DNA from: Patescibacteria group bacterium
GTDB lineage: Bacteria; Patescibacteriota; Microgenomatia; UBA1400; PJMF01
Length of the DNA: 64,000 bases
Direction: 5' to 3'
NCBI GenBank assembly: GCA_049322575.1
Contig: JBMORQ010000027.1
Coordinates: forward strand, 9,092-73,091
A program made the translations under genes and the position numbers. Below, piece after piece: positions 37,137-47,769 of this stretch (position 1 is its first letter; each line of letters starts with the position of its first letter). A model generated the notes under the pieces. That model saw only the letters and a program-made list of their open reading frames with translations. It searched no databases and was not told where the DNA came from.

Positions 37137-38264
37137 TTAGCTACTTGAATGAATCGTCTCCCGCTCTAGTAGATGTTCAATTTGCTCCTCTGTTAAGGTG
37201 ATAAACTCCGATGGTCTCACTGACCGATCGTCTATGGTAAAGGCACTGGCATAAGGCTTGCCAAATTTTATCCCATCGAATGGAACCCCATGTCTCCGTA
37301 GCCAAGATAAGGTAACTGCCCCAACATCCTTTACAACTGAAGACTCATCATTGTTATGAGTCTTCATCCTTCGTGCTGTATGAAGAACAATTGTGTACCC
37401 CAACTCCTTATACTGTCTGAGTTTGTTTATTACAGCGGTGTTTGGTCGTTTTTTATTATATTTCGTGGTAGTATTGTCTTCAATCGTTATTGTGTTGTCT
37501 ATGTCAACAACCAAGGTTTTGTTTAACAAATTATCCCTTTTCATCTTTTTGTTACTAGTTCTCCAATAGCGTGATATTTGCTCTGGGGTTCCCATGGGTT
37601 TAAATAATTTTAAACGATCAATAACAACCCGATATCCATCATGGATATAGTCCATGTATAAGGGTGCAACAAAAAACTCATTGTTAACAGGACGCTCCAA
37701 TGCTCTTTTAGCATAGCTAAAAAAAAGCTCAGAATCTCTGAAAAAGTAGAATCCAACCGTTGCCCATGGAGAGATCCTCTTTTTCTCTTGGATGCTTATC
37801 ACTTCGTCTTTTCTATTTATCTTGCAGAAAGACCATGCGTCACCTGGTTGGCGCGAACATGGAATTATGCCCTCAATAGCTTTATCACTCATTAAATTTA
37901 TCAGAGTCGGACTCTGGAAATAGCTATCACAGTTATATATTGCTACTGAGTTTGATTTATTCATAAATTTTTCAACAACAACGGCCGTTTCCAATTGCCC
38001 CCTGGTTTGACCCATCAGCTCTATCCACTTCACATCATTAAATGGCAGCGAATCCTCGACTCTCTGCTGAAGTTTCCTCTTAATCTGATGGGATTTTTGC
38101 GAAATGATAAATAACTCATCATCGTGAAAAATTGGCAAAGACTCAATAGACCATTCAAGCAATGATTTGCCTCGCAAATTTATAAGTGGCTTGTGCAAAT
38201 GAGGTATCAATTTTTTAAATCTAGTACCTTCTCCAGCTGCACATAAAATGTATGTCACAGCCAT
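37137..38264 (-). CDS. Nucleotidyltransferase-like domain fused to EcbF/BcbF-type HAD phosphatase
   Basis: AAGEGTRF..HKPLI, TRGQLET, NCD, EKKRIS; C-terminal VDIDNTI, HTARRM, FGKP, IDDRSVRP. Confidence 0.82.
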   Translation of the reverse strand: MAVTYILCAAGEGTRFKKLIPHLHKPLINLRGKSLLEWSIESLPIFHDDELFIISQKSHQIKRKLQQRVEDSLPFNDVKWIELMGQTRGQLETAVVVEKFMNKSNSVAIYNCDSYFQSPTLINLMSDKAIEGIIPCSRQPGDAWSFCKINRKDEVISIQEKKRISPWATVGFYFFRDSELFFSYAKRALERPVNNEFFVAPLYMDYIHDGYRVVIDRLKLFKPMGTPEQISRYWRTSNKKMKRDNLLNKTLVVDIDNTITIEDNTTTKYNKKRPNTAVINKLRQYKELGYTIVLHTARRMKTHNNDESSVVKDVGAVTLSWLRRHGVPFDGIKFGKPYASAFTIDDRSVRPSEFITLTEEQIEHLLERETIHSSS

Positions 38265-39736
38265 TTCATTCCTTTCTTGAACAAGTGCATGGCTTGAACA
38301 AATTGAGCTGACATGTGAGATAAACTATCTTGATGTAGAGGAATCATGCTTAAAAATAAAGTCGCTTCGAGAAGCCGTAGCTCTCTGATACTAATCCCAT
38401 TTTTTTCGACAAATTTGGTAAAAATCGAAGCTACCTCAAAATCTTGGAATTCTGGTTTGTTAAAATGCAAAGCAATTCCTTGTTGATCAAGTTGTAAAGT
38501 AAACATATCTGACATGATGTAATCATAGTTGCCAAGAAATGAATGAGATAGTTTGCAAATGTCATATATCTGTGGACGATAGGTCTCATCGATAGATTTG
38601 TTCCAGCCTCTTGGATCAATTAGCTTGAGTTGTTTTGACGCTGTGTCAAACATAATATTTGAGGCACATAGATCTCCATGAGAGAAATGTAATTCATTTC
38701 TACTTTTTTTCTTTACAATTTTCTCAACCGAGAAAAGAAGTTGGTCACAAAAATCATCGTAAGAACCAAAACCCTCAAGTTTTGCCAAAATCTCCAAACG
38801 ATCAATCTCCATCAATTTTTTTGTTTCTTGGATTCTTTTTCTTACTTTATCAACAAATAAAGAATGCATTTGCTCCCTGTAAACAACCCCATCAACCTTT
38901 TTTTTCGGAGCTGTGTCAAGACAATCTTGTATTTTTTCTAGAAAGTCTCTAAAGACTTCCTCTTTTTGAAAAGACCCATTTTTGAACAACACTGCTGCAT
39001 CAAAGGAGAAAATTTTTTCAACCTGATACGAAGCAGTTTGAGAGTCTTTGTAAAACACTCCCACATGAGGAAAAAAAGGTCTCAGTGAAGCAGGCACATT
39101 GGAAAGAAAGTTATACTCTGCCTCCATTTTATCAGTCTTAAATGATTGTTTTACAAAATAATAACAATTATCCACAGAAATGCTATTAAAATATCTTTTA
39201 TCGAGGTTCTGATTGAAAAGTAATATCGAATCAGTTGGATTCTCTAAATCCAACATCGATTGAGTTAAATCAACATCTATTGATTCTCTTTGTAAATCTA
39301 CCAATAGCATCTCATCGGAGTCTCTCTTTCTCAGAACTTCGAGATAGGGTACCGAAAAGATATATGGTTCTTCTAACCTCATCAGCTCATTTTTAAAAAA
39401 GGTTTTCTCGCTAATAGCAGCGGCTTTTTTTATTGCAAATTTTATTTTGTTCTCTCCGATGGGAAAAAAACGAGCGCTGTAATATATTAAGTTTGTATTT
39501 GATAAATCACCCTGGTAAATGAAACCATCGCTGATCGATTTATAGAGTTCCTTCCAGGTTACAACCTTGTCTGTCGTTAGTACAACATTGCGAGCTTCGA
39601 TGCCAAGTTTATCGATCAGGGTTTCAACATATTTTTTCTTACCTAATACTATCTCTGAATAGTTACTTACCCCAAGTTTACCTGATAAAAAGGAATTTGT
39701 AGAAAAACTTGTATTAATTATGTAAATTGTGTTCAT
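38255..39736 (-). CDS. Capsule-associated APH/choline-kinase-like phosphotransferase
   Basis: RYFNSI, K..KM.AEY, HGDLCASN, LIDPRG, YDICKLSHS, LFLSMIPLH. Confidence 0.8.
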   Translation of the reverse strand: MNTIYIINTSFSTNSFLSGKLGVSNYSEIVLGKKKYVETLIDKLGIEARNVVLTTDKVVTWKELYKSISDGFIYQGDLSNTNLIYYSARFFPIGENKIKFAIKKAAAISEKTFFKNELMRLEEPYIFSVPYLEVLRKRDSDEMLLVDLQRESIDVDLTQSMLDLENPTDSILLFNQNLDKRYFNSISVDNCYYFVKQSFKTDKMEAEYNFLSNVPASLRPFFPHVGVFYKDSQTASYQVEKIFSFDAAVLFKNGSFQKEEVFRDFLEKIQDCLDTAPKKKVDGVVYREQMHSLFVDKVRKRIQETKKLMEIDRLEILAKLEGFGSYDDFCDQLLFSVEKIVKKKSRNELHFSHGDLCASNIMFDTASKQLKLIDPRGWNKSIDETYRPQIYDICKLSHSFLGNYDYIMSDMFTLQLDQQGIALHFNKPEFQDFEVASIFTKFVEKNGISIRELRLLEATLFLSMIPLHQDSLSHMSAQFVQAMHLFKKGMKWL

Positions 39737-40610
39737 GACGATTCAGCTTTTGAATATTTCTTGTAAAGAATACTATAAGTATGCAGAAACAGATAAAAAC
39801 GAAAGCATAATAGATCGAACTGTATTGATTATTATACTGCAAACCAAAGTTATTGATAACATTGTCCAATACAAAAGGGTATGCCTGATCAATTCCCGTT
39901 GACGTGATGGTCATCACAGCATATAACTCAGTAACCCAGCCTAAAACGGTTAAAGAAAGCATTAAAAAAATCTTTTCCGCACTATTAATCCCTATTTCTT
40001 TAAATATCTTTTGTAAATGGCTAATTGCCAAAACAAGGTAATATGACAAACTTGAATGCTTTTTTCCTACCATATAAATCAAAAAGATTGAGAGTATCTT
40101 GGGCAATAAAACAATACCAAACCAAATAAATACTCCCAACAAAAGAGAAATTGTAGAGTTGGCTCTTAACGTACTCGTGCTCCCCGTGACAGCTTGTAAA
40201 AACAGGGGCGGTAACAGGATGATAAGATCGAAAAAACGGATGTAAATCATTACAGCAATAGTCTTCAAAAGGCAACTTTTGCAGTAACTACTAACTAATG
40301 CGACTAGACCAAAGTCTTTAATTAAGGGAAGCGTTACGTTGCCAAAAGAAGCTGACACAAACTGAAAAAAGATGATATTTTTTAGACCAACCCCTCTTAC
40401 TCCCATCAGCAACCAAATCCTTGCGGCACGAAACACGTGCGACAACAGATACAACAAAACAGAAAAGAACAATAGTTTAAAATTTGATTGGTTAACATTG
40501 AGCAATAAGTAGAAGATTGCCCACAAAAAATATACCGACAACAAAATCATCAAAAGTGGATGGGAGTTGGAACCATTGCGCTTGTGATCAGACATAGTAT
40601 TACTGTTCAT
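39714..40610 (-). CDS. Lysylphosphatidylglycerol-synthase TM / flippase-like membrane protein
   Basis: FRAARIW, GNVTLP, RFFDL pattern; ~8 TM helices. Confidence 0.6.
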   Translation of the reverse strand: MNSNTMSDHKRNGSNSHPLLMILLSVYFLWAIFYLLLNVNQSNFKLLFFSVLLYLLSHVFRAARIWLLMGVRGVGLKNIIFFQFVSASFGNVTLPLIKDFGLVALVSSYCKSCLLKTIAVMIYIRFFDLIILLPPLFLQAVTGSTSTLRANSTISLLLGVFIWFGIVLLPKILSIFLIYMVGKKHSSLSYYLVLAISHLQKIFKEIGINSAEKIFLMLSLTVLGWVTELYAVMTITSTGIDQAYPFVLDNVINNFGLQYNNQYSSIYYAFVFICFCILIVFFTRNIQKLNRHEHNLHN

Positions 40611-41403
40611 AAACTAGGATTGAAAAATATTGCTTTAACGGTTTACCATTCATTTTTGGAAAGATATCAGAAGGCGCGACAAAATATCGAGCGAACAAAC
40701 CGAGAATATGCATACCCTGCTTAATTACTTTGGCATTACTGACTTGATCATCCTCTCTCCAAGTTATCGGGAAGAAAGCGAATACTGATTTTGTGTATAT
40801 TGTGAACAACAACAAATATACATTAAACGTCAAATCATCGGGAAAATAGTCAAAACGGCACTTCTTAAGAAATGTCACTTTATACATGTTTAATCCAGAT
40901 CCTGTATCGGTGATTTTTGATTGTGTAACCATAGAACACACTAAGTTAACAAGATAATTCCCATAAATTCGATATCTTGAATAACCACTTACGACTGACC
41001 GTTTATCAAACCTCGAACCGAGTAATGATGAAAAATTTCGATAAGATCCATCTGAGAGAATACTCAGAAGATCTTCAATATCAGCCTGATCGTCACCATG
41101 CAGAGTTATCAAATAGTCGTAGTTATTGTTAATTGCATAGTTAAAAGCCACCTTATGTGAGCCACCCAAATTGTAATTTGCGTTGTTCTGTAAAACTGCA
41201 ACTGGTTTTTTTAGATTTCTTGCAGACCTTATGGCTGCTGGGAGAGTCTTGTCTTGGCTCCTGTTCTCTACGATTAATATACCAGAAAGATAACTAAGTG
41301 CCCTACTAGATGACAACTTCTTTAACACTCTCACAATTTGTGTTTCGCAATTGTAAGCAGGGATGAACAATAGAATTGAGTCTTTTTTTTCTTTACTTTT
41401 CAT
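40600..41403 (-). CDS. GT2 polyprenol-phosphate glycosyltransferase (DPM synthase/GtrB-like)
   Basis: IPAYNCE, ENRSQD, NLGGSHK, LHGDDQ, GSRF, TDTGSG; start MKSKE at 41403. Confidence 0.85.
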   Translation of the reverse strand: MKSKEKKDSILLFIPAYNCETQIVRVLKKLSSSRALSYLSGILIVENRSQDKTLPAAIRSARNLKKPVAVLQNNANYNLGGSHKVAFNYAINNNYDYLITLHGDDQADIEDLLSILSDGSYRNFSSLLGSRFDKRSVVSGYSRYRIYGNYLVNLVCSMVTQSKITDTGSGLNMYKVTFLKKCRFDYFPDDLTFNVYLLLFTIYTKSVFAFFPITWREDDQVSNAKVIKQGMHILGLFARYFVAPSDIFPKMNGKPLKQYFSILVYEQ

Positions 41404-42850
41404 CTCTATATTCCTTAACAGTGAATAGTTCTCCTTGTTTCCAGGTGCAGAATGGTAAAGAAACCACATCATTTTCATCTTTCGGGAGTCGTATTTGATT
41501 ATCCAACTCCGATGGTTTCCAAGGCATTGATAATACTCTTGCATGACCTTCTTGAAGAACAACAGAAAAAACTGGCCAAGTCCATAACCACTCATAACGA
41601 TTCTCGCTTAGAGTATCCAAATTAATCCTAGTTGTTTTATCTGCATTCAAGATTTGCTCGGTCGAAGACACGTAAAATCTTCTCCATCTGATGTTGTGAG
41701 ACATTTGCCAAAAACTGTGGAACAGTAGCATGATCGATAACACAAAAATGATTTGAGTATTGTGCACATATTTTGCGAAAAATTTCCTTGGCAAAAATAC
41801 TAATAGAGAAATAATAACTGATGCAACTGTAATCAGCACTCTCAAATCAAACTCACTTTGAGGAAACTGTCCATGTCTTGAAACCATGATGCACAAATGA
41901 ATTGTAAAAATCGGCACAAGCAGCAATGGAAGAATCAAATCAATAACAAACTTTCTCACTCTCATCTGCCGCTTCGTCTTTAACATCCGATTAATTATTA
42001 CGAAAAGGGCAACAAAAAAACCAAAGACAGAATATAGCAGGTTTGTTCTCTTCAAGTAGTAATCGAATGCGCCCATAATTTGAAATATTAAATTAATATA
42101 TCCTGAAGTCTGAGTTGCCACTGGATGTGAGACACCCCACCAAAAAGAATATGTCATTACACCCGCATATGTTGAAGCCAACAAAAGAAAGAATTTGTCT
42201 CTCTTCTTCAGATATCTAAAAATTGAATGAAGTGCGAATACCGGCGCAATGAATAAAGCCGTTTCATGACTTCTGAAAAGCAGCAATGAGAAAGAAAACA
42301 AAGGTATTCTTACGTCGTGGCCGGAATCAAGCATTATCGTGCAAGCAACTACCAATGATAGTATCGCAAAAAAACCAATAGCTGGATTAATGATGAATAT
42401 TGTGGAGGGGATAATAAAAACAATAAACAAAAAGAGGATTGCCAATGCCTCACCATACAACCTTTTTTTCGCCAAAAAAAACGTCGCGAAAAAAACCAAA
42501 AGAAATGGAAGAATAAAAACAGCTCCATCATACAGATAACCAAGCTCAGCATATCCAGTGATACCAAAAAATCTTCCCAGATTCATAGGAAACTGGTTTA
42601 TCAGATTAACAAAAAGTCTCTGGTGCTTTCCATCATCACTAAAGCCGTTGACTAAAGCGCTGACAAAAAAGAAAGAGCCGTCAGCATACATCGCTCTGTG
42701 TACAATTGTCGAGTGAAGTAATGAAATGAGATACAAAAGAGACGAGAATGCAAACAATCCAACGGTGGAAAAGTACACTCCCTGGGCGAGCAGACCCTCT
42801 CTTGAACCGAGGAATTGAGAAATTTTTTTCATAAAAAAAACAAATCTCAT
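41393..42850 (-). CDS. Polytopic membrane protein, putative GT-C transferase
   Basis: First loop RAMYADG after TM1, SHE motif, ~11 TM helices, soluble C-terminal region. Confidence 0.5.
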   Translation of the reverse strand: MRFVFFMKKISQFLGSREGLLAQGVYFSTVGLFAFSSLLYLISLLHSTIVHRAMYADGSFFFVSALVNGFSDDGKHQRLFVNLINQFPMNLGRFFGITGYAELGYLYDGAVFILPFLLVFFATFFLAKKRLYGEALAILFLFIVFIIPSTIFIINPAIGFFAILSLVVACTIMLDSGHDVRIPLFSFSLLLFRSHETALFIAPVFALHSIFRYLKKRDKFFLLLASTYAGVMTYSFWWGVSHPVATQTSGYINLIFQIMGAFDYYLKRTNLLYSVFGFFVALFVIINRMLKTKRQMRVRKFVIDLILPLLLVPIFTIHLCIMVSRHGQFPQSEFDLRVLITVASVIISLLVFLPRKFFAKYVHNTQIIFVLSIMLLFHSFWQMSHNIRWRRFYVSSTEQILNADKTTRINLDTLSENRYEWLWTWPVFSVVLQEGHARVLSMPWKPSELDNQIRLPKDENDVVSLPFCTWKQGELFTVKEYRDEK

Positions 42851-45198
42851 TATGCGTGATTAATAACGTTTGCAATGATCTCGCCGTAATTTCGCGCAAC
42901 CTTGCTCCAACTACAGTGCTGTTCAAAATATTTTAGGCCATTATGTGACAGAGTTTTACGTAAAAAACTGCCACTAATCATCTGTTTGAAAACTTTAACT
43001 GGATCTCTTTCATCGATTATAAGAACCTCTTTTCCCGCTACTAAGTTCCAGCCTCTAACACCATCCTTATTCGCAATAATGGGTAAGCCGTACGATAGAT
43101 AGTCTGCAACTTTGACACTCGATCCACCCCCTCCCTTTGTTAGAGAAATAGCGATATCTGAACAAGAAAATATAATTTTTTTTGTTGTCTCGTTGACTAC
43201 TCCGGCAAAATGAACATTTTCCGGTTTATCACCAGAGTAAACAGTGCCAGCTCGACCAACAACCACAAAATCAATCTCAGGTAATTTTGGTGCTAGTGTA
43301 TTGCACAAATACTTCAGCCCCAACATATTGGGCATGTGGTCGCTTGCAATGAATACACAAACAAATTTTTTACCAAATAATTTCGTCTTCCATTTGCGCC
43401 TCAAAGCATTTTGTATATTTGAGTCTTCTTCCTTTGAAAAACCATTATTTACTACATATACGGATCCATTCAATTTTGAAAAATACTCCTTATCTTTTTG
43501 ACTTACACATACCACAGCTTCAGAATTTCTGGCTGCACTGTTTTCAAGTTTCTGCACCATTTTCAGCAAATTATCTTTAAAAGGGTGTGCCTCAAATATC
43601 TTTTCCTTTAGTTGATATTCACAATTGTGGCTCTCAAGAATAATTTTTTTATTAAGTTTTTCCGCTATGGGATATAAGTAGGGGTGACTAATTATTACTA
43701 ACTTTGCATAAATGGAGAGATCTCTTGCAAACTGCATATATAGTTTGTTTTTCTTAGCCATAAAAGAACTGACAACATCTGCAACACTCACATTAGCAAG
43801 GTTTCCATACCTTTCATCGTAGGAAATATGCTCCAGTGTCTTGGGAATACTTATTTCAATGAAATTATCATTTATGTATTTTTTCCTTAAAATCCCACGG
43901 TCGTTAAAACATAAATAAATGATTTTAAATCTATTTCCAGCTGAAAGGGCAGAGTAGAGACCATTGATCCTTGAAGCTCCTCCGTTGTTTGGGTTGGAAA
44001 TACTAAAATCATTTAGCACCAAAAGTGTCTCTCTATTATCATCCCTTTTTACTTGATTGATTTGCTCTCTTGCAAATTTTGCAATACTTCTCCAGGAAAA
44101 ATTCTTCCTGACATAATCCGATCCTAATTTGGATATATGCTTCTTAAGATCTTTGTTTTGTATCAAGCTTCTCAGATCCTCTGCAAAGTTTTTTTGATCT
44201 GAAACTACCACATGCTGACCACTTGTTAAATCCAACCCCCTCGCACCGCACTTAGTTGTGACGGTTGGTATACCCAAGGCTAAGTACTCAATCATTTTTA
44301 AATTGGTTCCTGATCCGTGAAACATAGGATTAATGGCAACATCAGTAGTTGCCAATAACTCATCTTTTCTGTCCTGATCAACTTCCCCTTCTAAAATTAC
44401 GTTTGGTGCCTTTTTCTTTATTGCACTACAACATAAGCCAGCAATCCGAAAGACGCAGTCTGTAAGAGATGGTGCCAGTTTTTCATTAATGAAGAGAACA
44501 GCCTCTAAGTTTGGTGGGTGGGCACTTCCAATAAAAAGGACCTCATTTCGTCGGACATCTCTTTTTCTATTTCCGTATTCGGCATCGTCAAAACCATTCT
44601 TAACCAAAACAATTCTTTTTTCATCTATTTCATACTCACGTAGAAAGCCATTTTTTTCCTCTTCAGAAATGGCAAAAACTAAATCTGATTCTTTAACTAA
44701 AACCCTCTCTAAAGACTCAACATAAGCCATACAGCGAATATCTTTCAATAAATAGCTAGCCATCTCTTTCTCTAGATTATAGCTATTGTAAATATGAAGC
44801 TTGGTGTCTATACCAAGAAACACATCAAAATCTGACATATAAGGCGAGTCATGAATAATGATGTTTGATTTGCTGTATAGTCTAAGAAATATTTCAAAAT
44901 ACTCATCATAGTAGTGCGCACTCAAGGCGCTTGAAATGCCAGACAATTCTTTACCAGCTTTCTTCTGAAAAAAATAGTTATAGATCTTTAAGAAATAGCT
45001 ATTCTGAGGAACCTTGTATTCCCTAAAATGCTCAGAATACTTTTCTCGCTTGGTTTTTTTATGGCTATGGGTATAGGAAAGAAGGGTGACATCGTAATAA
45101 CTACTCAAATACTTATAAAAATAGTAGTAACGAATCTCGCCTCCACTAGTTGGTGGCAACCTTGTCGAATAGTAGTTGATCACAAGAAGTTTTTTCAC
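42850..45198 (-). CDS. Tandem double GT4 glycosyltransferase
   Basis: Two GT-B modules (PPTSGG...GTNLKMIEY and PNNGG...GSSVKVADY). Confidence 0.85.
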   Translation of the reverse strand: MKKLLVINYYSTRLPPTSGGEIRYYYFYKYLSSYYDVTLLSYTHSHKKTKREKYSEHFREYKVPQNSYFLKIYNYFFQKKAGKELSGISSALSAHYYDEYFEIFLRLYSKSNIIIHDSPYMSDFDVFLGIDTKLHIYNSYNLEKEMASYLLKDIRCMAYVESLERVLVKESDLVFAISEEEKNGFLREYEIDEKRIVLVKNGFDDAEYGNRKRDVRRNEVLFIGSAHPPNLEAVLFINEKLAPSLTDCVFRIAGLCCSAIKKKAPNVILEGEVDQDRKDELLATTDVAINPMFHGSGTNLKMIEYLALGIPTVTTKCGARGLDLTSGQHVVVSDQKNFAEDLRSLIQNKDLKKHISKLGSDYVRKNFSWRSIAKFAREQINQVKRDDNRETLLVLNDFSISNPNNGGASRINGLYSALSAGNRFKIIYLCFNDRGILRKKYINDNFIEISIPKTLEHISYDERYGNLANVSVADVVSSFMAKKNKLYMQFARDLSIYAKLVIISHPYLYPIAEKLNKKIILESHNCEYQLKEKIFEAHPFKDNLLKMVQKLENSAARNSEAVVCVSQKDKEYFSKLNGSVYVVNNGFSKEEDSNIQNALRRKWKTKLFGKKFVCVFIASDHMPNMLGLKYLCNTLAPKLPEIDFVVVGRAGTVYSGDKPENVHFAGVVNETTKKIIFSCSDIAISLTKGGGGSSVKVADYLSYGLPIIANKDGVRGWNLVAGKEVLIIDERDPVKVFKQMISGSFLRKTLSHNGLKYFEQHCSWSKVARNYGEIIANVINHA

Positions 45199-45725
45199 TT
45201 TGAATTGACTAGTACATTGCTCTTTTTGGTTCCTCTAAATATCTTCCTTTGCAACCAACCAAAAAAATAATGAGTGAAACTTGATAATTTTACTACACCA
45301 TTTTTTTTCCCCAAATTTTCAGCTGATAATAAACTCTTGATTAAAAAAACTTGTGGATGGTATTCTCTGTAGAACATTGACTGCATAACTTTTTCCGACA
45401 CGTCCTTTGGCATGCTCTTTCCATATATATATGAATAAACTTTTTTCGGAAAGGAAATTGGATCACTATTTAAAAGTTCCTCAACATCGATTCTTTTTCT
45501 ATTTGTTCTAGAAAAATGATAGCGGATAATTTTATCAACTGTTTTTTTCACTTTGATGTGAATTGTTGACAAATAATAAATGAGACATTCGTATGTCAAC
45601 TCATTACTTTTTTTCTCAATAGCATTACTAGCAAAAACCTTTTCATCCACGTAATCAACCAGGTCAAAAATCTTTTCGTCATTTTTTCTATTTAAATCTT
45701 GAAGAGCGGTCTCAATTTTTGTCAT
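45195..45725 (-). CDS. Hypothetical protein in glycan locus (weak DUF4214-like C-terminus)
   Basis: 176 aa ORF overlapping the start of the next gene. Confidence 0.55.
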   Translation of the reverse strand: MTKIETALQDLNRKNDEKIFDLVDYVDEKVFASNAIEKKSNELTYECLIYYLSTIHIKVKKTVDKIIRYHFSRTNRKRIDVEELLNSDPISFPKKVYSYIYGKSMPKDVSEKVMQSMFYREYHPQVFLIKSLLSAENLGKKNGVVKLSSFTHYFFGWLQRKIFRGTKKSNVLVNSK

Positions 45726-45770
45726 GAGCTATTAAATTATGGTTGGCACAAATTACGAAAATACAAATTA

Positions 45771-46967
45771 TTAACAATTTTGCACGCTAGTAAGAAATAC
45801 TTTAGCACATTTTGAAAAATTATATGAATCAAGAATGTCATATTGCTTGTAGATGATTTTCTCAAGCATGGACGGATCATCGAGAATTCTTACTATATGA
45901 GCAAAGATGTCATTTTCCGAAGACACGGCCATGTCATTCTTAAGAATGCTATAGTTAAATGGAGATTCTTCGTGAGACAAAACCAGACAACCATGAAAAA
46001 TCGCCTCGAAGTTTACAATTCCCAGGCTTTCTTCTTTTGATGGATTGATAAAAACATCTATGTTCTGAAAAACTCCTGCCTTTTCATCCGTCGAAAAATT
46101 ATAGACAAACTCTGTCTGAGAAAATGATTTTCTCATTTCTTGTTGAATTTCAAGGTATGTATTTGTCTTAACTCCAGCCAATACTAATCGTAATTTCACG
46201 CCCTTGTTCGAGAAGATTTTTTTGTATTTTCTAAAAAAATTTGAAATCAATTCCAAATTTTTCCTTCTCGTTATCTGTCCGACATAGCCAATGGTAAACG
46301 TTTTGTTTGAAAAATTGTTTATTCTGCGCTTGATAACAGAAGCAATCTTCCTTTTTTGCTGATCAACATCTTTTAATTTATAGGGAGAAAAGGATAAATG
46401 CACAATTTTTCCGCTGGAAACTTTATATGTTGATTTCAATTCTCGTTGTTCTTTTTCTGACAAAACGAGTATTTTGCTGGATAAATCGAGTGTTTTTTGA
46501 AACAAATAGTTACCATTGTAGTAAGAAACGTTGTGGTAAGCGGGAAGCGCCACTAGCTTTTTGTGAAACTTTTTGGCAAAACACGCCGCATCAACAAACA
46601 ATCTTGTAGGCATCCCAGCAGCTATTATGAGATCTGAGCTGCGAATGATGTCACAAGCCTTGTCTGAATAAGACAAAATTGGACCAAAATACCACGGAGA
46701 AAAAATTGAAAACTTTCTCACAAGATTACCAAACAACTTATTAGCTATCTTTTGTTGAGTTTTTTTAATCGGTAGTCTGATTACATTTTTTTCATACCTG
46801 TTGATCGGTACGAAGTTTGAAAAAGTTTTGTAGCTATCAAGAGTCTCACCTTGTCCAGTGATAACAACCACCTCATGATCTGCCAACATCTCCACCAGCT
46901 GCTGTGACAGGTACTCAAGTCCGCCTTTTGCTGGCGGATAGCAATGTACAAAATATACTATCTTCAT
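45771..46967 (-). CDS. GT4 glycosyltransferase
   Basis: YPPAKGGLE, VGQI..RKN, PSKEESLGIVNFEA. Confidence 0.87.
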   Translation of the reverse strand: MKIVYFVHCYPPAKGGLEYLSQQLVEMLADHEVVVITGQGETLDSYKTFSNFVPINRYEKNVIRLPIKKTQQKIANKLFGNLVRKFSIFSPWYFGPILSYSDKACDIIRSSDLIIAAGMPTRLFVDAACFAKKFHKKLVALPAYHNVSYYNGNYLFQKTLDLSSKILVLSEKEQRELKSTYKVSSGKIVHLSFSPYKLKDVDQQKRKIASVIKRRINNFSNKTFTIGYVGQITRRKNLELISNFFRKYKKIFSNKGVKLRLVLAGVKTNTYLEIQQEMRKSFSQTEFVYNFSTDEKAGVFQNIDVFINPSKEESLGIVNFEAIFHGCLVLSHEESPFNYSILKNDMAVSSENDIFAHIVRILDDPSMLEKIIYKQYDILDSYNFSKCAKVFLTSVQNC

Positions 46968-47019
46968 GATAAAAAAGCTTTGTTTTTATTATGGTCTTGT
47001 CTGGGTATACCCTACGAAC

Positions 47020-47769
47020 CTATGTCTTCACAGACACTTGCTTTAAATACACATCTACCACATCCTTACTTTCTCCCCATCCCTTCATGATCGAGTTCTC
47101 GATATACATCGCCTTGTCTGTAAATTTCATCACTGCATCCAAGGAATGGCTAACCAGCACAATGGTGACTCGCTTTCTCTTGAACTCGGCCAGTCTATCA
47201 AAACACTTGCGTTGAAACGCCTCATCACCAACTGCCAAAATTTCGTCAATCAGTAAGATTTCTGGGTTGCTGTGAACCGCCACAGCAAAAGCTAGCCGTA
47301 AATACATGCCTGATGAATAATGCTTAATCGGTTGATCTATAAAATCCCAGATATCAGCAAAGTCAACTATATCATTAACTTTGCTCTTAATTTCCTCGCG
47401 GGTCATACCGAGAATTACACCGTTCAAGAAAATATTTTCACGGCCAGTCAGCTCAGGATGAAATCCGGCACCGAGCTCTATTAGTGGAGCTATCCGACCA
47501 TTCATCTTGATCGAACCATTAGTTGGCTTAGTCACTCCGGCCATCAGTTTAAGTAGGGTTGACTTACCTGACCCATTTGGACCGATTATGCCGATTGTTT
47601 CGCCTTTTTTTACCTCAAAACTAACGTCATTCAATGCCCAGAATGACTCAATCGTTCTTTGCCCACCGAATAAAGCAGGGAGCAATTCTTTAAAAGTTCT
47701 CTGCTTCTGCTTGTGAAAGAGCTTCCACACATGGTCAACGGTAATGGCAACTTCAGACGACATCTGCAA
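47020..47769 (-). CDS. wzt: Polysaccharide/teichoic acid ABC exporter ATPase (Wzt/TagH), no C-terminal carbohydrate-binding domain
   Basis: GPNGSGKST, LGAGFHPELTGREN, YSSGMYLRLAF, IDEILAVGDEAFQ. Confidence 0.93.
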   Translation of the reverse strand: MQMSSEVAITVDHVWKLFHKQKQRTFKELLPALFGGQRTIESFWALNDVSFEVKKGETIGIIGPNGSGKSTLLKLMAGVTKPTNGSIKMNGRIAPLIELGAGFHPELTGRENIFLNGVILGMTREEIKSKVNDIVDFADIWDFIDQPIKHYSSGMYLRLAFAVAVHSNPEILLIDEILAVGDEAFQRKCFDRLAEFKRKRVTIVLVSHSLDAVMKFTDKAMYIENSIMKGWGESKDVVDVYLKQVSVKT

